Source of the DNA: Endomicrobiia bacterium
GTDB taxonomy: Bacteria; Elusimicrobiota; Endomicrobiia; DTEH01
DNA: 64,000 bases
NCBI GenBank assembly: GCA_039630545.1
Contig: JBCNUU010000003.1
Location: 1-64,000, forward strand
Direction: 5' to 3'
In this document: piece after piece, positions 17,984-27,776 of the stretch
Numbering within the stretch: the stretch's first letter is position 1
Layout of the letters: every line of letters begins with the position of its first letter
The notes under the pieces: generated by a model
What the model was told of the DNA's origin: nothing
What the model saw: only the letters and a program-made list of their open reading frames with translations
Databases searched by the model: none
Translations under genes and position numbers: made by a program

Positions 17984-20707
17984 TTAATTTTTAAAAATAT
18001 ATTTATAAATTTCATCGTAAAGATTTATCAATTTTTCTATTTTCTGAGGTGATATTTTTACTTTATAAAATTTTGTTTGTAAAATCGATTTTTTGTTTTT
18101 AATTTTAGGATAGCCACTTTTGCCAGTGGAAGATAAATCTTCTAATTTCCTTATATTTGCATCATGAATTAAAGATAAAAATAAAAAAAATGACTCTTTT
18201 AAATTTTTATTTTTTCTTCTTAATACAATAAAATCTTTAGAAAACAAAAATTTTGTTGCCGATTTAGTAACTACAGCAATTTTTTTCTGATATATTCTAA
18301 CTGGAGCAATGATTATATCCCCCTCTTTCAGAGTTCCAAACTTACCTGAGGCTATTTTTCTTTTTATTCTTTCAATATTAGAGGCAGTTGTATGAATTAA
18401 ATTTTTAGGTGTAATTATTCCAGCTCCACCAGGAACTATGTCTCCTGTTTCACATATTAGTAAACTCAAATTGTTTATATCAATACCATTTATTCTTTCT
18501 ACCTCAACAATTTCCCATTCTTGACTAATAGTTAATGCTTTCGATGAACTTATTTTACGATTATCAACCTCTGAAAATGTTGGAGTTAAGATAAATTTCC
18601 TTTTTGTATAGATCTCTTCCAATGTTTTAATTGTGATTCCTAAACACTCTCGATACTTGCCATCAAAAGCACTGGAAATTATCTCTGCTAATTCATCAGT
18701 TAAGTCGTTCTTCTTTATTTGTATAGTGTTTACTGTCTTTTTCTTTTTCGTTCTTACATATCCAATATTTTTGGCATCATAAAAAATTATCTTTTCATTT
18801 TTAATAATGTCTATAAACTCATCTATTTTGTTAATTTTGTAAAATAATTGATTACTCTCTTCTAAAGATCTCCTTTCAGCAAAAACTAATAATGTTCTTT
18901 GTTGAGCATGAGGTGCAAAAGCATGTTCTGGTAATCCTATAATAGCTATTATTTTAAAATAAGATAAGAAGAGTAATTTTGCCTTAAAGTATTCATTGCT
19001 ATCAAAAATTGAAAATGGTAAAACGGCCCCTAATTTCCCTTTTGGATTTAAAAGTTGATACCATCTTTCTGCGAAAATACATTCGGAGGCATTAGTAATA
19101 CCTCTCTTAAAGCTTAAAAATTCTTTCATTCTAAAGTTGCTATATCCATCTTGTCTTATTTCAAGACTAAATGGGGGATTGGTGATAATGAAATCTACAC
19201 CATGATTTTCTTTTATACTTTCAGGTGTACATTCTCCGTTTCTAAGAATATAAGTTTCTTTTATAAAAGGAAGCGGAAGACTATCTAAAGGTAAAAGAGC
19301 ATCCCTTGTGTATATGTTAGCTGAACCATCCCCATGGATAACCATATTTACTTTACATAAAGATGTGGCTCGTTGCTCGTTATCTATACCAAAAATGATT
19401 TTTAGAGCATTTTCTTTTATATCTTCAATCTGATAATCTTTAAAAATTAATCGTAAAGCTTCAATTAAGAATGTTCCAGAGCCACATGAGGGGTCTAGAA
19501 TATATTTATAATTTTTCTTTTTAATTTCCTCTCCTAATTTCTGAATGTTTAGAGCTTTGCAAACAAACCTACAAATATTTGGATGAGTGAAAAATAAAGC
19601 TCTGCTTTGTCTAAAAATTGAATGCATAAAATCCAAAAATACATCACCTACTGAGTCTTCTCCTACAAATCTCAAACTTCTGAGTTTCATTCTTTGGAGA
19701 TATAGGACAACATCTAATAAGATTTTTTCTTTATCTTCATGATCTATAAGTTCTTTATCTCTGGCTTCTTTAGGGTCTTCACCTAAAAGCTGAATCAAAG
19801 CGTTTTCAAGTAAAGATTTAATTCTATTATAGAAAGCTGTTTTATTTAGATAATCTTCCGGTCTTACTTGAAAACAAGGTTCTTCATTCCCTTTTTTTAA
19901 GAGTTCAATTTCGTCAAAAGTTTTTGCTAAAAGTAAATTAATAATTGTTTCAAAAGCTTTTTCCTCTACAATACCATAATTTCTTAGTCCTTGATGTAAT
20001 TTTTCTTTTAACATATTTTTAAATTCATTTGGATTTTTAATATCTATTAAATCATTCTTTGTCAGTGGCATTTTGTGGAAATAAACTTTATTATCTGAAA
20101 CTTTTGGAGGAATTTTATAAGCAAACGATGAATTTTTTGAAATTATCTCCTCTAATGAAATCTGTCCAGTTTCTATAGTTTTTTCTATTTCAGGATAAGA
20201 AAACCACCTGTAAAAAATATCGATTTTTTCGCTATTATTTAAAGATATTTCATACATAATTAAGGTTAATGGATATGGTTGTTTTGTATTTTTTGCATAG
20301 GAGTGAGCTATATTATAGAGTTGTCTTATAAAATAGTTGGTAAATTCTTTATCAGAAATTTTGTAAATAGATGTTTTACATTCTACTAAAGCTATACACG
20401 ATCTTTCATTATAATTATCAGCGGTTTCTATTTTAATATCTACTCTTTTTGATGGAGAACCAACAAGAGACGTTTCTTCTAAACAAATCAGGTTAGGAGG
20501 AACTTTTTGCTCTGTGACCAAATGAAGAATTGCTCTAGCTCTGCCTAATTCACCTAATACGTTTTGGTTGCAAGAAGAAATATTGCGATAATACTGATTT
20601 TTCAAAAAATAAGACAATCTATTATTTTCTATTTTTACAACTTTATTATTTAGATGTGAAATTTCTTTAATCAATAAATTCTTAAATTTTTCAATATTTT
20701 TATTCAT
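17984..20707 (-). CDS. Fused restriction-modification protein (putative nuclease + N6-adenine MTase + specificity-like tail), Type IIG-like
   Basis: MTase motif I LDPSCGSGTF and motif IV NPPF; N-terminal RVDI...LVECK (PD-(D/E)XK-like); C-terminal L..GDII and STG..GYPKI (TRD-like). Confidence 0.8.
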   Translation of the reverse strand: MNKNIEKFKNLLIKEISHLNNKVVKIENNRLSYFLKNQYYRNISSCNQNVLGELGRARAILHLVTEQKVPPNLICLEETSLVGSPSKRVDIKIETADNYNERSCIALVECKTSIYKISDKEFTNYFIRQLYNIAHSYAKNTKQPYPLTLIMYEISLNNSEKIDIFYRWFSYPEIEKTIETGQISLEEIISKNSSFAYKIPPKVSDNKVYFHKMPLTKNDLIDIKNPNEFKNMLKEKLHQGLRNYGIVEEKAFETIINLLLAKTFDEIELLKKGNEEPCFQVRPEDYLNKTAFYNRIKSLLENALIQLLGEDPKEARDKELIDHEDKEKILLDVVLYLQRMKLRSLRFVGEDSVGDVFLDFMHSIFRQSRALFFTHPNICRFVCKALNIQKLGEEIKKKNYKYILDPSCGSGTFLIEALRLIFKDYQIEDIKENALKIIFGIDNEQRATSLCKVNMVIHGDGSANIYTRDALLPLDSLPLPFIKETYILRNGECTPESIKENHGVDFIITNPPFSLEIRQDGYSNFRMKEFLSFKRGITNASECIFAERWYQLLNPKGKLGAVLPFSIFDSNEYFKAKLLFLSYFKIIAIIGLPEHAFAPHAQQRTLLVFAERRSLEESNQLFYKINKIDEFIDIIKNEKIIFYDAKNIGYVRTKKKKTVNTIQIKKNDLTDELAEIISSAFDGKYRECLGITIKTLEEIYTKRKFILTPTFSEVDNRKISSSKALTISQEWEIVEVERINGIDINNLSLLICETGDIVPGGAGIITPKNLIHTTASNIERIKRKIASGKFGTLKEGDIIIAPVRIYQKKIAVVTKSATKFLFSKDFIVLRRKNKNLKESFFLFLSLIHDANIRKLEDLSSTGKSGYPKIKNKKSILQTKFYKVKISPQKIEKLINLYDEIYKYIFKN

Positions 20708-20774
20708 AAAGTACTCCTACAAATGAACTTGCTTCTTATACCTGCTTTACTTATCATTTCGTTATATAAAATAT

Positions 20775-21062
20775 TTAAGTTAAAATTATCTTCCCAATGT
20801 ATGGTTTAAGAGAGGGTTTCATTACCAGGTCAACTTTGATCTTTAACTTTTCAGATATAAAATTTTCAATTTCTATAAAAGTAAACAAATCCGGGGGATC
20901 ATAAACGTCAACAAGGATATCAAAATCACTTTTTTTGTTTTGACTTCCTTTTAAGTATGAGCCAAAAATTCCTATGCTTTTAACTTTGTATTTATCTTTA
21001 AGATATTTAAGATATAGTTTTAGTTTTCTGAGTTTTTTCTTCAGAATTTCTAACATTTTCAT
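20775..21062 (-). CDS. Minimal nucleotidyltransferase (MNT antitoxin family), no HEPN partner
   Basis: IGIFGSY...[13 protein letters not shown]; the C-terminus appears slightly short. Confidence 0.85.
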   Translation of the reverse strand: MKMLEILKKKLRKLKLYLKYLKDKYKVKSIGIFGSYLKGSQNKKSDFDILVDVYDPPDLFTFIEIENFISEKLKIKVDLVMKPSLKPYIGKIILT

Positions 21063-21106
21063 TTAATTTTATATATGAAAAATTAAAGCTAATTCCAATG
21101 TTCAAC

Positions 21107-22369
21107 TTAAGGTATCGCTGTAATACCCATATATGGTACAAGCACATCCGGGATTTTAAGGGTGCCGTCTGGTTGCTGATAGGTTTCAAGGATACAGGCA
21201 AAGGTGCGTCCTACTGCTAAACCTGAGCCGTTCAGTGTGTGGATGTATTCTTTTTTGCCGTTTTTGTATTTTACTTTGATGTTCAGGCGTCTTGCCTGGA
21301 AGTCCTTGCAGTTTGAGCAGGAGGATATCTCGCGCCAGCGTTTCTCTCCTGGCATCCATACTTCTAAATCATAGGTTTTGGCTGAAGCAAAACCAAGGTC
21401 TGCTGTGCAAAGCAGGACCACTCTGTATGTAAGTCCCAGTTTTTCAAGTATTCTTGCTGCGTCTTTTACTAACAGTTCTAACTCATCGTTTGAGGTTTCT
21501 GCTGTGGTAAATTTTACGAGCTCTATTTTGTTAAACTGGTGGAGTCGTATAAGTCCTTTTATGTCTTTGCCGTAGGAGCCAGCTTCTCTTCTAAAGCAGG
21601 CTGAGTAAGACACATACTTTTTTGGCAGTTCTTCTTCTGGGATAAACTCGTCTTTGTGGAGGTTTACAAGGGTAACTTCTGCTGTGGGGATTAAATAAAG
21701 TTCGTCATCTTTGCATTTGTAGAGTTCTTCTTCAAATTTTGGAAGTTGTCCTGAGCCTGTGATGCTTTGTTTTGAAACTAAGTAAGGAAGCCACACTTCC
21801 TGGTAGCCAGCTTTTATGTGTTCGTCTATCATAAAGTTAATAAGTGCCCGTTCAAGTTTTGAACCTAGGCCTTTTAGCATTGCAAATCTTGAACCAGAAA
21901 TTTTTGCTGCAACATCAAAGTCAAGTATGTCTAAATTTTTGCCTACTTCCCAGTGTGGAAGCGGTTCAAATGAGTATTCTTTTGGTTGTGAAGATTGATA
22001 AACAATCTGGTTGTCTTTTTCTGAGGTTCCTTTGGGGACTGTTTCATCTGGTATGTTTGGTAGGTATAGAAGTTCTGCCTGAAGTTGTGTTTCTTTTTGC
22101 TGGAGTTCTTTTTCTAAGTGGTCGAGTTTTGTTTTTATTTCTTCTACTTCTTTTATAAGATGATCTGCTGGGTTGTTTTGTTTTTTTAGTTTTCCTATTT
22201 CTTCGGATAAAACTTTGCGGCGGTTTCTTAAGTTGTCTATCTGTTGCTGGAGTTGTCTTTTTTCTTCGTCAAGTTGTAATATGGATGAAAGGTCAAACTT
22301 TGTGCCTCTCAGTGAGAGTTTTTCTTCAAGCCATTGTCTGTGGTTGCGAATGAGGTTTATGTCTATCAT
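21107..22369 (-). CDS. serS: Serine--tRNA ligase
   Basis: N-terminal coiled coil, [36 protein letters not shown]. Confidence 0.98.
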   Translation of the reverse strand: MIDINLIRNHRQWLEEKLSLRGTKFDLSSILQLDEEKRQLQQQIDNLRNRRKVLSEEIGKLKKQNNPADHLIKEVEEIKTKLDHLEKELQQKETQLQAELLYLPNIPDETVPKGTSEKDNQIVYQSSQPKEYSFEPLPHWEVGKNLDILDFDVAAKISGSRFAMLKGLGSKLERALINFMIDEHIKAGYQEVWLPYLVSKQSITGSGQLPKFEEELYKCKDDELYLIPTAEVTLVNLHKDEFIPEEELPKKYVSYSACFRREAGSYGKDIKGLIRLHQFNKIELVKFTTAETSNDELELLVKDAARILEKLGLTYRVVLLCTADLGFASAKTYDLEVWMPGEKRWREISSCSNCKDFQARRLNIKVKYKNGKKEYIHTLNGSGLAVGRTFACILETYQQPDGTLKIPDVLVPYMGITAIP

Positions 22370-22475
22370 AGGTTTAAGCTAAGAAGTTTTTCTTTATGGT
22401 TTTAATTATTAAAATAATTGTTAAAAATCAACTTATGTTGAAAGAGCCTTTTGTTATTTTGTAAAACTAATTTCT

Positions 22476-25400
22476 ATGAAAAGTTTAAAGTTTATATTTT
22501 TAGGAATGATTTTTTTAGCTTTAAGTGCTGGTTTTTGTCAGGAGGCAAGTTTATCTACTGGATGTTTTATGTTGAGTTGTGTTGTTGTAAAACCTAAGGA
22601 TTATATTTCTTTAAGCAGTGAAACTGTAAAGCTAAATATAGAAAGAATTATTAAAGAAATCTACAGTAAAAATTACAATAGTGTCGCTTTTGTGGTTAAA
22701 GAAAATGGCTTTGTGGTTTACAAAACAACTTTTGCTCCTCAGTTGAGATTAAAAGATAAAGATTTTTCTTATTTTGATATTTTATCTTTTGCGTATGGTG
22801 AGGCAAAAAAGTATGGGCTTGGTTTTTTTGTTGTGTTTGAGGTGTTTAAAACTACTTCTCCTTTAGAGGTTGAATGGTTGTGTAGAACTAAAGACAACAA
22901 GATTTTTTCTCCTTATTATCTTTCCTGTGGAAATCCAGAAGTTCAACTTTATTTACGAAATTTTTTAGAGGAGTTTTTAAAAAATTATAGTTTTGTTGAC
23001 GGCGTTTTTCTGGATGAGGTTAAGTATCCTTCTAAAAATACAAGTTATGATGTGGCTTCTTTAGAAAGGTTTTACGGGCGAGGTAATCCAAAGCTTCTTG
23101 AGTGGGAGGATTTTCAGAGAGACCAGCTTAATAAATTTGTGTGTGACTGTTACTGTTTGATAAAGAGTATAAAAAAAGATTGTTTGGTTGGTGTTGTTAC
23201 TGATGAGGTTTATAAGGATTCTTTTAGTTTATGTGGTGTTTTTTATGAAAACTATCAGGATCCACTTTTCTGGGCACAGAATAAGTTTTGTGATGTTGTG
23301 GTGGCTAAGTTTAGTGGAAATAATTTTGAAAGTGCTTTTAAAAAGTTTAACTATTGGTTTTCTAAAGAAAAAGTTTTTGTATATGTTAACAACAAGGTTT
23401 CTTTTAATTTTTTAAAAAACTCAAAGAATATTTATGGTTTTGTGTGTGACTATGGTTTAAATCTGTCAAGTTTTCCTTTTAGGAGTTCTGTTCCTGTTTT
23501 TGGTTTTGAAAATAGAGTTGTCTGTGGAAGAGTTTTAGATGAAAAAAACTCGCCTCTTTTAGATGCCTGGGTTAGTTTGAATTTATCTGATAGAAAGAAT
23601 TTTTTTACTTTTAGTTCAATCGATGGGTTTTTTTCTTTTTGTAATGTTTTAGAGAATAAGGTTAGTTTAAGGATAAATTATCCTTATTGTGATGAGGTTT
23701 TTTTTGAAAAAGAAATAAATGAGGATATAAACTTATTTGAGCCTGTTAGTGTAAGCAGTGCTTCTTTTGAAAAAGATAAGCTGTTTGTTTATATTTTGAA
23801 ACCAAAAAGTTTTAAAGAGGTCAGTTCTAACCTAATTCATATCTTAGCAAGAACTCATCCCAAAAACTATGTTGAGTTTCATGCTGAAAACTTTTCAATA
23901 GCTCCAAAGGTTTTCAGAAGTGGTATTTTTGCTGTGGATAATGTTAAGTTAAAACCCGGAATAAACGAGTTAAAGTTCAAAATATCGGATGCTAAAAAAA
24001 CATCAACTTATGATTTTACTGTTTTATATTCAACAACACCTACTTATAAAGAAACTGGTGCTGAGATGATTGGTTTTTCATCGGTAAGTTTTAAAAATGG
24101 TGATGTTTTGTGGCTTTTGGATGAAAAGGACTTTTTGCTTTTCAGCGGTGATTTTTTAGAGCTTAAAATAAAGACAACTCCTGAAAGAGAAGTTTTTGCT
24201 GTTTGTTTTGAGGATTCTTCTTTAAAAATAAAACTTGAGGAAATTGATAGTGGTGTTTATTATTCAATTTTTAAAATTCCTGAAAATTTTTCTTCAAAGA
24301 AAACAAAAGTAAAATTTGAGATAGTGGAAAAAAAGATAAAAAAATTTCTTTTTTATAAAAAAGAGAAAATAAAAATAAATCATTTTGAGTCAGATGTTTT
24401 TGTTGAAGTGTGGAATTCAGCATATCCTCTGCTTGGAGTTACTAGTTCAAAAAATACTCCTGTATCTTATAGTATCTACAGACAGCGTTTAGGCGGTCCT
24501 TACGCTGCTGAGCTTCCTAAAGGAGTAAAACTTCAAATTGTCGGTAAAAAACAAAATAACTACAGAGTTAAACTTTCAAATTATTTAAGTGGCTGGGTGG
24601 AAACAAAAAATATTGAACTTTTAAGAGAAGAAAAAAAACCTGTAGAAAATTCAGTTTTAAGCTGTGTTGTAAGTTCTTATGGGAATAAAACAGATAAAAT
24701 AACTGTTTCTATGCTTCAACCTGTGGCTTTTTCTGTGCAGGCAGTAGCTGAAGAAAAAAACTATTTAGTAGTTGACATCTTTAACAGTTCTTTAGCTGCT
24801 AACTGGATTCAAAATCTGGCAGAGTCAGATGTTATTGAGAAAATAAAGACAGAGCAGTTTGAAGATGGTTGGGTTAAAATTTATATATTTTTAAAGACAA
24901 AACAAAACTGGGGTTTCTGGTATGAGATGGTTGGCTCAAATTTAGTTTTGTATATTAATCATCCACCAAAAATTAGCAAAAAAAATCCTCTCTACAACTT
25001 CAAGGTTGCAATTGAAGCAGGACACGGTGGAGAAGGTAACACAGGAGCTGTGGGACTGTCCGGCACTAAAGAAAAAAATCTTAATTTAAAAGCAACTTAT
25101 ATCTTAAAAGAAGTTTTTGAGAAAGAAAAAGCAAAAGTTATTCTTTTAAGACAGGGAGACACTAACCCCAACTTTGAACAAAGGTTAAACGAAGCTTATG
25201 AGAATGAAGCAAGTTTGATAATTTCTATTCATGCGAATGCCGCTAACACAGATAAAGGTTTTTTAAGTTCAGCTGAAGGGCCAAGTGTCTATTACAAACA
25301 CGACAATTGCAAGAAGCTTGCTGAGCTGGTTCATGAAAAACTTAAAACTATATGGAAAAAAGATTATGGTATTGTCAGTAACTTTAACTATGCTGTTGTA

Positions 25401-25553
25401 AGGCAGTCAAGAGTGCCTGCTATTCTGGTTGAGATGGGATTTCTTACGCATCCTGAAGATGAAGCTTTTTTGATTGATGAAGGTTTTCTTTATAAACAAG
25501 CCTATGCCATTGTGGAAGCTGTAAATAGTTTTTTAAGAATGTTTTCAGAGTAA
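22476..25553 (+). CDS. N-acetylmuramoyl-L-alanine amidase (Amidase_3) with N-terminal GHL10/DUF187-like and SH3-like domains
   Basis: C-terminal IEAGHGG, EK..NL, ISIHAN, AILVEMGF; N-terminal NPEV...VDGVFLD..YP...W..F.R; signal peptide. Confidence 0.85.
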   Translation: MKSLKFIFLGMIFLALSAGFCQEASLSTGCFMLSCVVVKPKDYISLSSETVKLNIERIIKEIYSKNYNSVAFVVKENGFVVYKTTFAPQLRLKDKDFSYFDILSFAYGEAKKYGLGFFVVFEVFKTTSPLEVEWLCRTKDNKIFSPYYLSCGNPEVQLYLRNFLEEFLKNYSFVDGVFLDEVKYPSKNTSYDVASLERFYGRGNPKLLEWEDFQRDQLNKFVCDCYCLIKSIKKDCLVGVVTDEVYKDSFSLCGVFYENYQDPLFWAQNKFCDVVVAKFSGNNFESAFKKFNYWFSKEKVFVYVNNKVSFNFLKNSKNIYGFVCDYGLNLSSFPFRSSVPVFGFENRVVCGRVLDEKNSPLLDAWVSLNLSDRKNFFTFSSIDGFFSFCNVLENKVSLRINYPYCDEVFFEKEINEDINLFEPVSVSSASFEKDKLFVYILKPKSFKEVSSNLIHILARTHPKNYVEFHAENFSIAPKVFRSGIFAVDNVKLKPGINELKFKISDAKKTSTYDFTVLYSTTPTYKETGAEMIGFSSVSFKNGDVLWLLDEKDFLLFSGDFLELKIKTTPEREVFAVCFEDSSLKIKLEEIDSGVYYSIFKIPENFSSKKTKVKFEIVEKKIKKFLFYKKEKIKINHFESDVFVEVWNSAYPLLGVTSSKNTPVSYSIYRQRLGGPYAAELPKGVKLQIVGKKQNNYRVKLSNYLSGWVETKNIELLREEKKPVENSVLSCVVSSYGNKTDKITVSMLQPVAFSVQAVAEEKNYLVVDIFNSSLAANWIQNLAESDVIEKIKTEQFEDGWVKIYIFLKTKQNWGFWYEMVGSNLVLYINHPPKISKKNPLYNFKVAIEAGHGGEGNTGAVGLSGTKEKNLNLKATYILKEVFEKEKAKVILLRQGDTNPNFEQRLNEAYENEASLIISIHANAANTDKGFLSSAEGPSVYYKHDNCKKLAELVHEKLKTIWKKDYGIVSNFNYAVVRQSRVPAILVEMGFLTHPEDEAFLIDEGFLYKQAYAIVEAVNSFLRMFSE

Positions 25554-25554
25554 A

Positions 25555-26769
25555 TTAAAGATGATTAAAAATTTTTGTTGTTCTTTCTAAACCACCTTTA
25601 AGGTATGCTATAGCTATGCCATAGTTTGTAATTGGAACATTTTGTGCTTTGGCTTTATAAACTCTTGAAAGTATTTCTTTTCTGTTCATCATACAACCAC
25701 CACATTGAATTATCAGTTTATATTCTTTTAAGTTATCAGGAAAATCCTTACCTGAATAAACATCTACCAATATTTCTTTTTTTGTTCTTTCTTTTATCCA
25801 GCGTGGTATTTTGTGTCTTCCTATGTCATCTCCAATAGGGTGGTGCGTACAGGATTCTGCTATTAGAATTTTGTCGTTATCTTGAAGTTTATCAATAGTG
25901 TAAACACTTTCTATAAACTCTTTTATATCTCCCTTATTAGCTGCAAAAAGTATTGAAAAACTCGTAAGGTAAACATCCTCAGGAACTGTTTTTAAAACTT
26001 CTTCAAATGCTTGTGAATCTGTAATTACTATTTTTGGTTTTACTTTCAAAGTATCTATAGCTATTTTAAGATTCTTTTCATTTGTAACTAGTGCGTTAGC
26101 ATTTAGGTCTAAAATTTCTCTTAAAACTTGTTGTTGGGGTAAAATTATTCGCCCCTTTGGAGCTTCTTTATCTATAGGTATTACTAAAATAGCAAAGTCC
26201 TCTTTTTTTAATATGCCATTTGGGATAAGAGGTGGCGGTGTGATAAAATCTTGTGGCAGTATTTCAATAAGTTTTGATTTTACTATAGAGGTTGTCTCAA
26301 AATTTTTTGTCTTGCTAGATACTTCTACATAAGGAATTTTTCTTTTTTCCAGATCTTCTTTTATATTTTTATCTGGCTTTAATATGTCTGTTTTGTTTAG
26401 TACGACTAAAACTGGCGTGTTGTGATGTTGTGCTTTGGAAATGACAAAATCTTCGTATTCTGTCCATTTGTTGGCTTCTGTCACAAGAATCACAAGATCT
26501 GCTCTTTCAAAGACTTTTAGTGTTTTTTCTATTCTTAAGTTGCCAATTGTGCTTATATCATCAAGTCCTGCTGTGTCAATAAACAAAACAGGTCCTATAG
26601 GCAAAAGTTCCATTGGTTTTTCTACTGGATCTGTGGTTGTGCCAGGAAGATCGGAAACTATTGAAACTTCCTGTTGAGTAAGACAGTTAAGAAAAGAAGA
26701 TTTTCCAACATTTGTTCTTCCAAAAATTGCTATGTGTAATCTTAAACCTTTTGGAGTTGCAAGTTGCAT
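25555..26769 (-). CDS. hydF: [FeFe] hydrogenase maturation GTPase
   Basis: GRTNVGKSS, GTTTDPV, DTAG, APKGR.ILPQ, CTHH, CGGCM. Confidence 0.97.
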   Translation of the reverse strand: MQLATPKGLRLHIAIFGRTNVGKSSFLNCLTQQEVSIVSDLPGTTTDPVEKPMELLPIGPVLFIDTAGLDDISTIGNLRIEKTLKVFERADLVILVTEANKWTEYEDFVISKAQHHNTPVLVVLNKTDILKPDKNIKEDLEKRKIPYVEVSSKTKNFETTSIVKSKLIEILPQDFITPPPLIPNGILKKEDFAILVIPIDKEAPKGRIILPQQQVLREILDLNANALVTNEKNLKIAIDTLKVKPKIVITDSQAFEEVLKTVPEDVYLTSFSILFAANKGDIKEFIESVYTIDKLQDNDKILIAESCTHHPIGDDIGRHKIPRWIKERTKKEILVDVYSGKDFPDNLKEYKLIIQCGGCMMNRKEILSRVYKAKAQNVPITNYGIAIAYLKGGLERTTKIFNHL

Positions 26770-27776
26770 TTTTTGTTTAAAGAATCCCCTCTTTCAAATT
26801 TTAAAGTTTTACCTATCTTTTTTACTCTGTTTTCTAAACACTTAAAACATTCAAAACCGTTTTCGTAAATACATATTTTGTTTGGATAAAGTAAGTAGTA
26901 TTTTCTTACTTCTGTTGGAGTAATTATTGGCATTAAAACATTTGCTCCTGCTTGAAGGGCTTTTTCTCTACCAAAGGGGTCAACAGTCCCCATTGCAGTG
27001 GTTGCTGGAATGTTAGAATAAGGTAGCATAATTCTAAGTATGGCAACTGCACGAAGTGTCTTTTCAAAAGGTGCTAACTTTGCTTCAGCTAAGGGTGTAT
27101 CTGGGTGAGGAATAAATGGACCTATCCCTACCATATCTAAATTTAGTTCTTTACAAAGTAGTAAGTTTTTTACTGCAACTTCGTCTGTTTCGTTAGGTAA
27201 TCCTACCATAAAGCCAGAACCAACTTCAAATCCTATATCTCTTAAGTTATGAAGCATCTCTATTCTTTTTGATAACGGTTCGCCATTTTTAAGAAAGCTA
27301 TATAGATCTTCGTCTGCAGTCTCAAATCTTAAAAGGTATCTGTCTGCTCCAGAGTTTCTTATGTCTATTAGTTCTTTTTTTGTAAAATAACCACAACTTA
27401 AAGTAACAGCTACTTCTGAATCTAATTTTTTAATTTTTTCTACTAACCTACAGATTCTTGTAGCTGAGCTATAGAAAGAAGATTCTCCACTTTGTAACAC
27501 TATTGTTTTAACTCCGTAATCAATTGCTTGTTTTGCTGTTTTGAGTATCAACTCATCATCTAAAGAATACCTTTTGATTTTTTTGTTTGATGCTCTGATT
27601 CCACAATATAAACAGTTGTTCTCGCAATAGTTTGAAAATTCTATTATTGCTCTTATCCATATTTTGTTTGAAAAAATTTTTTCAGTGATAAAATTCGATT
27701 CTTTTGAAAGTTCTTCAAGCGACACATTTTTATAAAGATATTCTATTTTTTCAAAAGTAAATATCTCTTTCTCCAT
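26742..27776 (-). CDS. hydE: [FeFe] hydrogenase maturation radical SAM protein
   Basis: CENNCLYC, YLLRFET, GIGPFIPHPDTP, PATTA, Y.LYPNK. Confidence 0.95.
   Translation of the reverse strand: MEKEIFTFEKIEYLYKNVSLEELSKESNFITEKIFSNKIWIRAIIEFSNYCENNCLYCGIRASNKKIKRYSLDDELILKTAKQAIDYGVKTIVLQSGESSFYSSATRICRLVEKIKKLDSEVAVTLSCGYFTKKELIDIRNSGADRYLLRFETADEDLYSFLKNGEPLSKRIEMLHNLRDIGFEVGSGFMVGLPNETDEVAVKNLLLCKELNLDMVGIGPFIPHPDTPLAEAKLAPFEKTLRAVAILRIMLPYSNIPATTAMGTVDPFGREKALQAGANVLMPIITPTEVRKYYLLYPNKICIYENGFECFKCLENRVKKIGKTLKFERGDSLNKKCNLQLQKV

Noticed and set aside
23933..23941. Perfect DnaA box TGTGGATAA in the amidase gene
   Set aside because: Isolated and intragenic; expected by chance.
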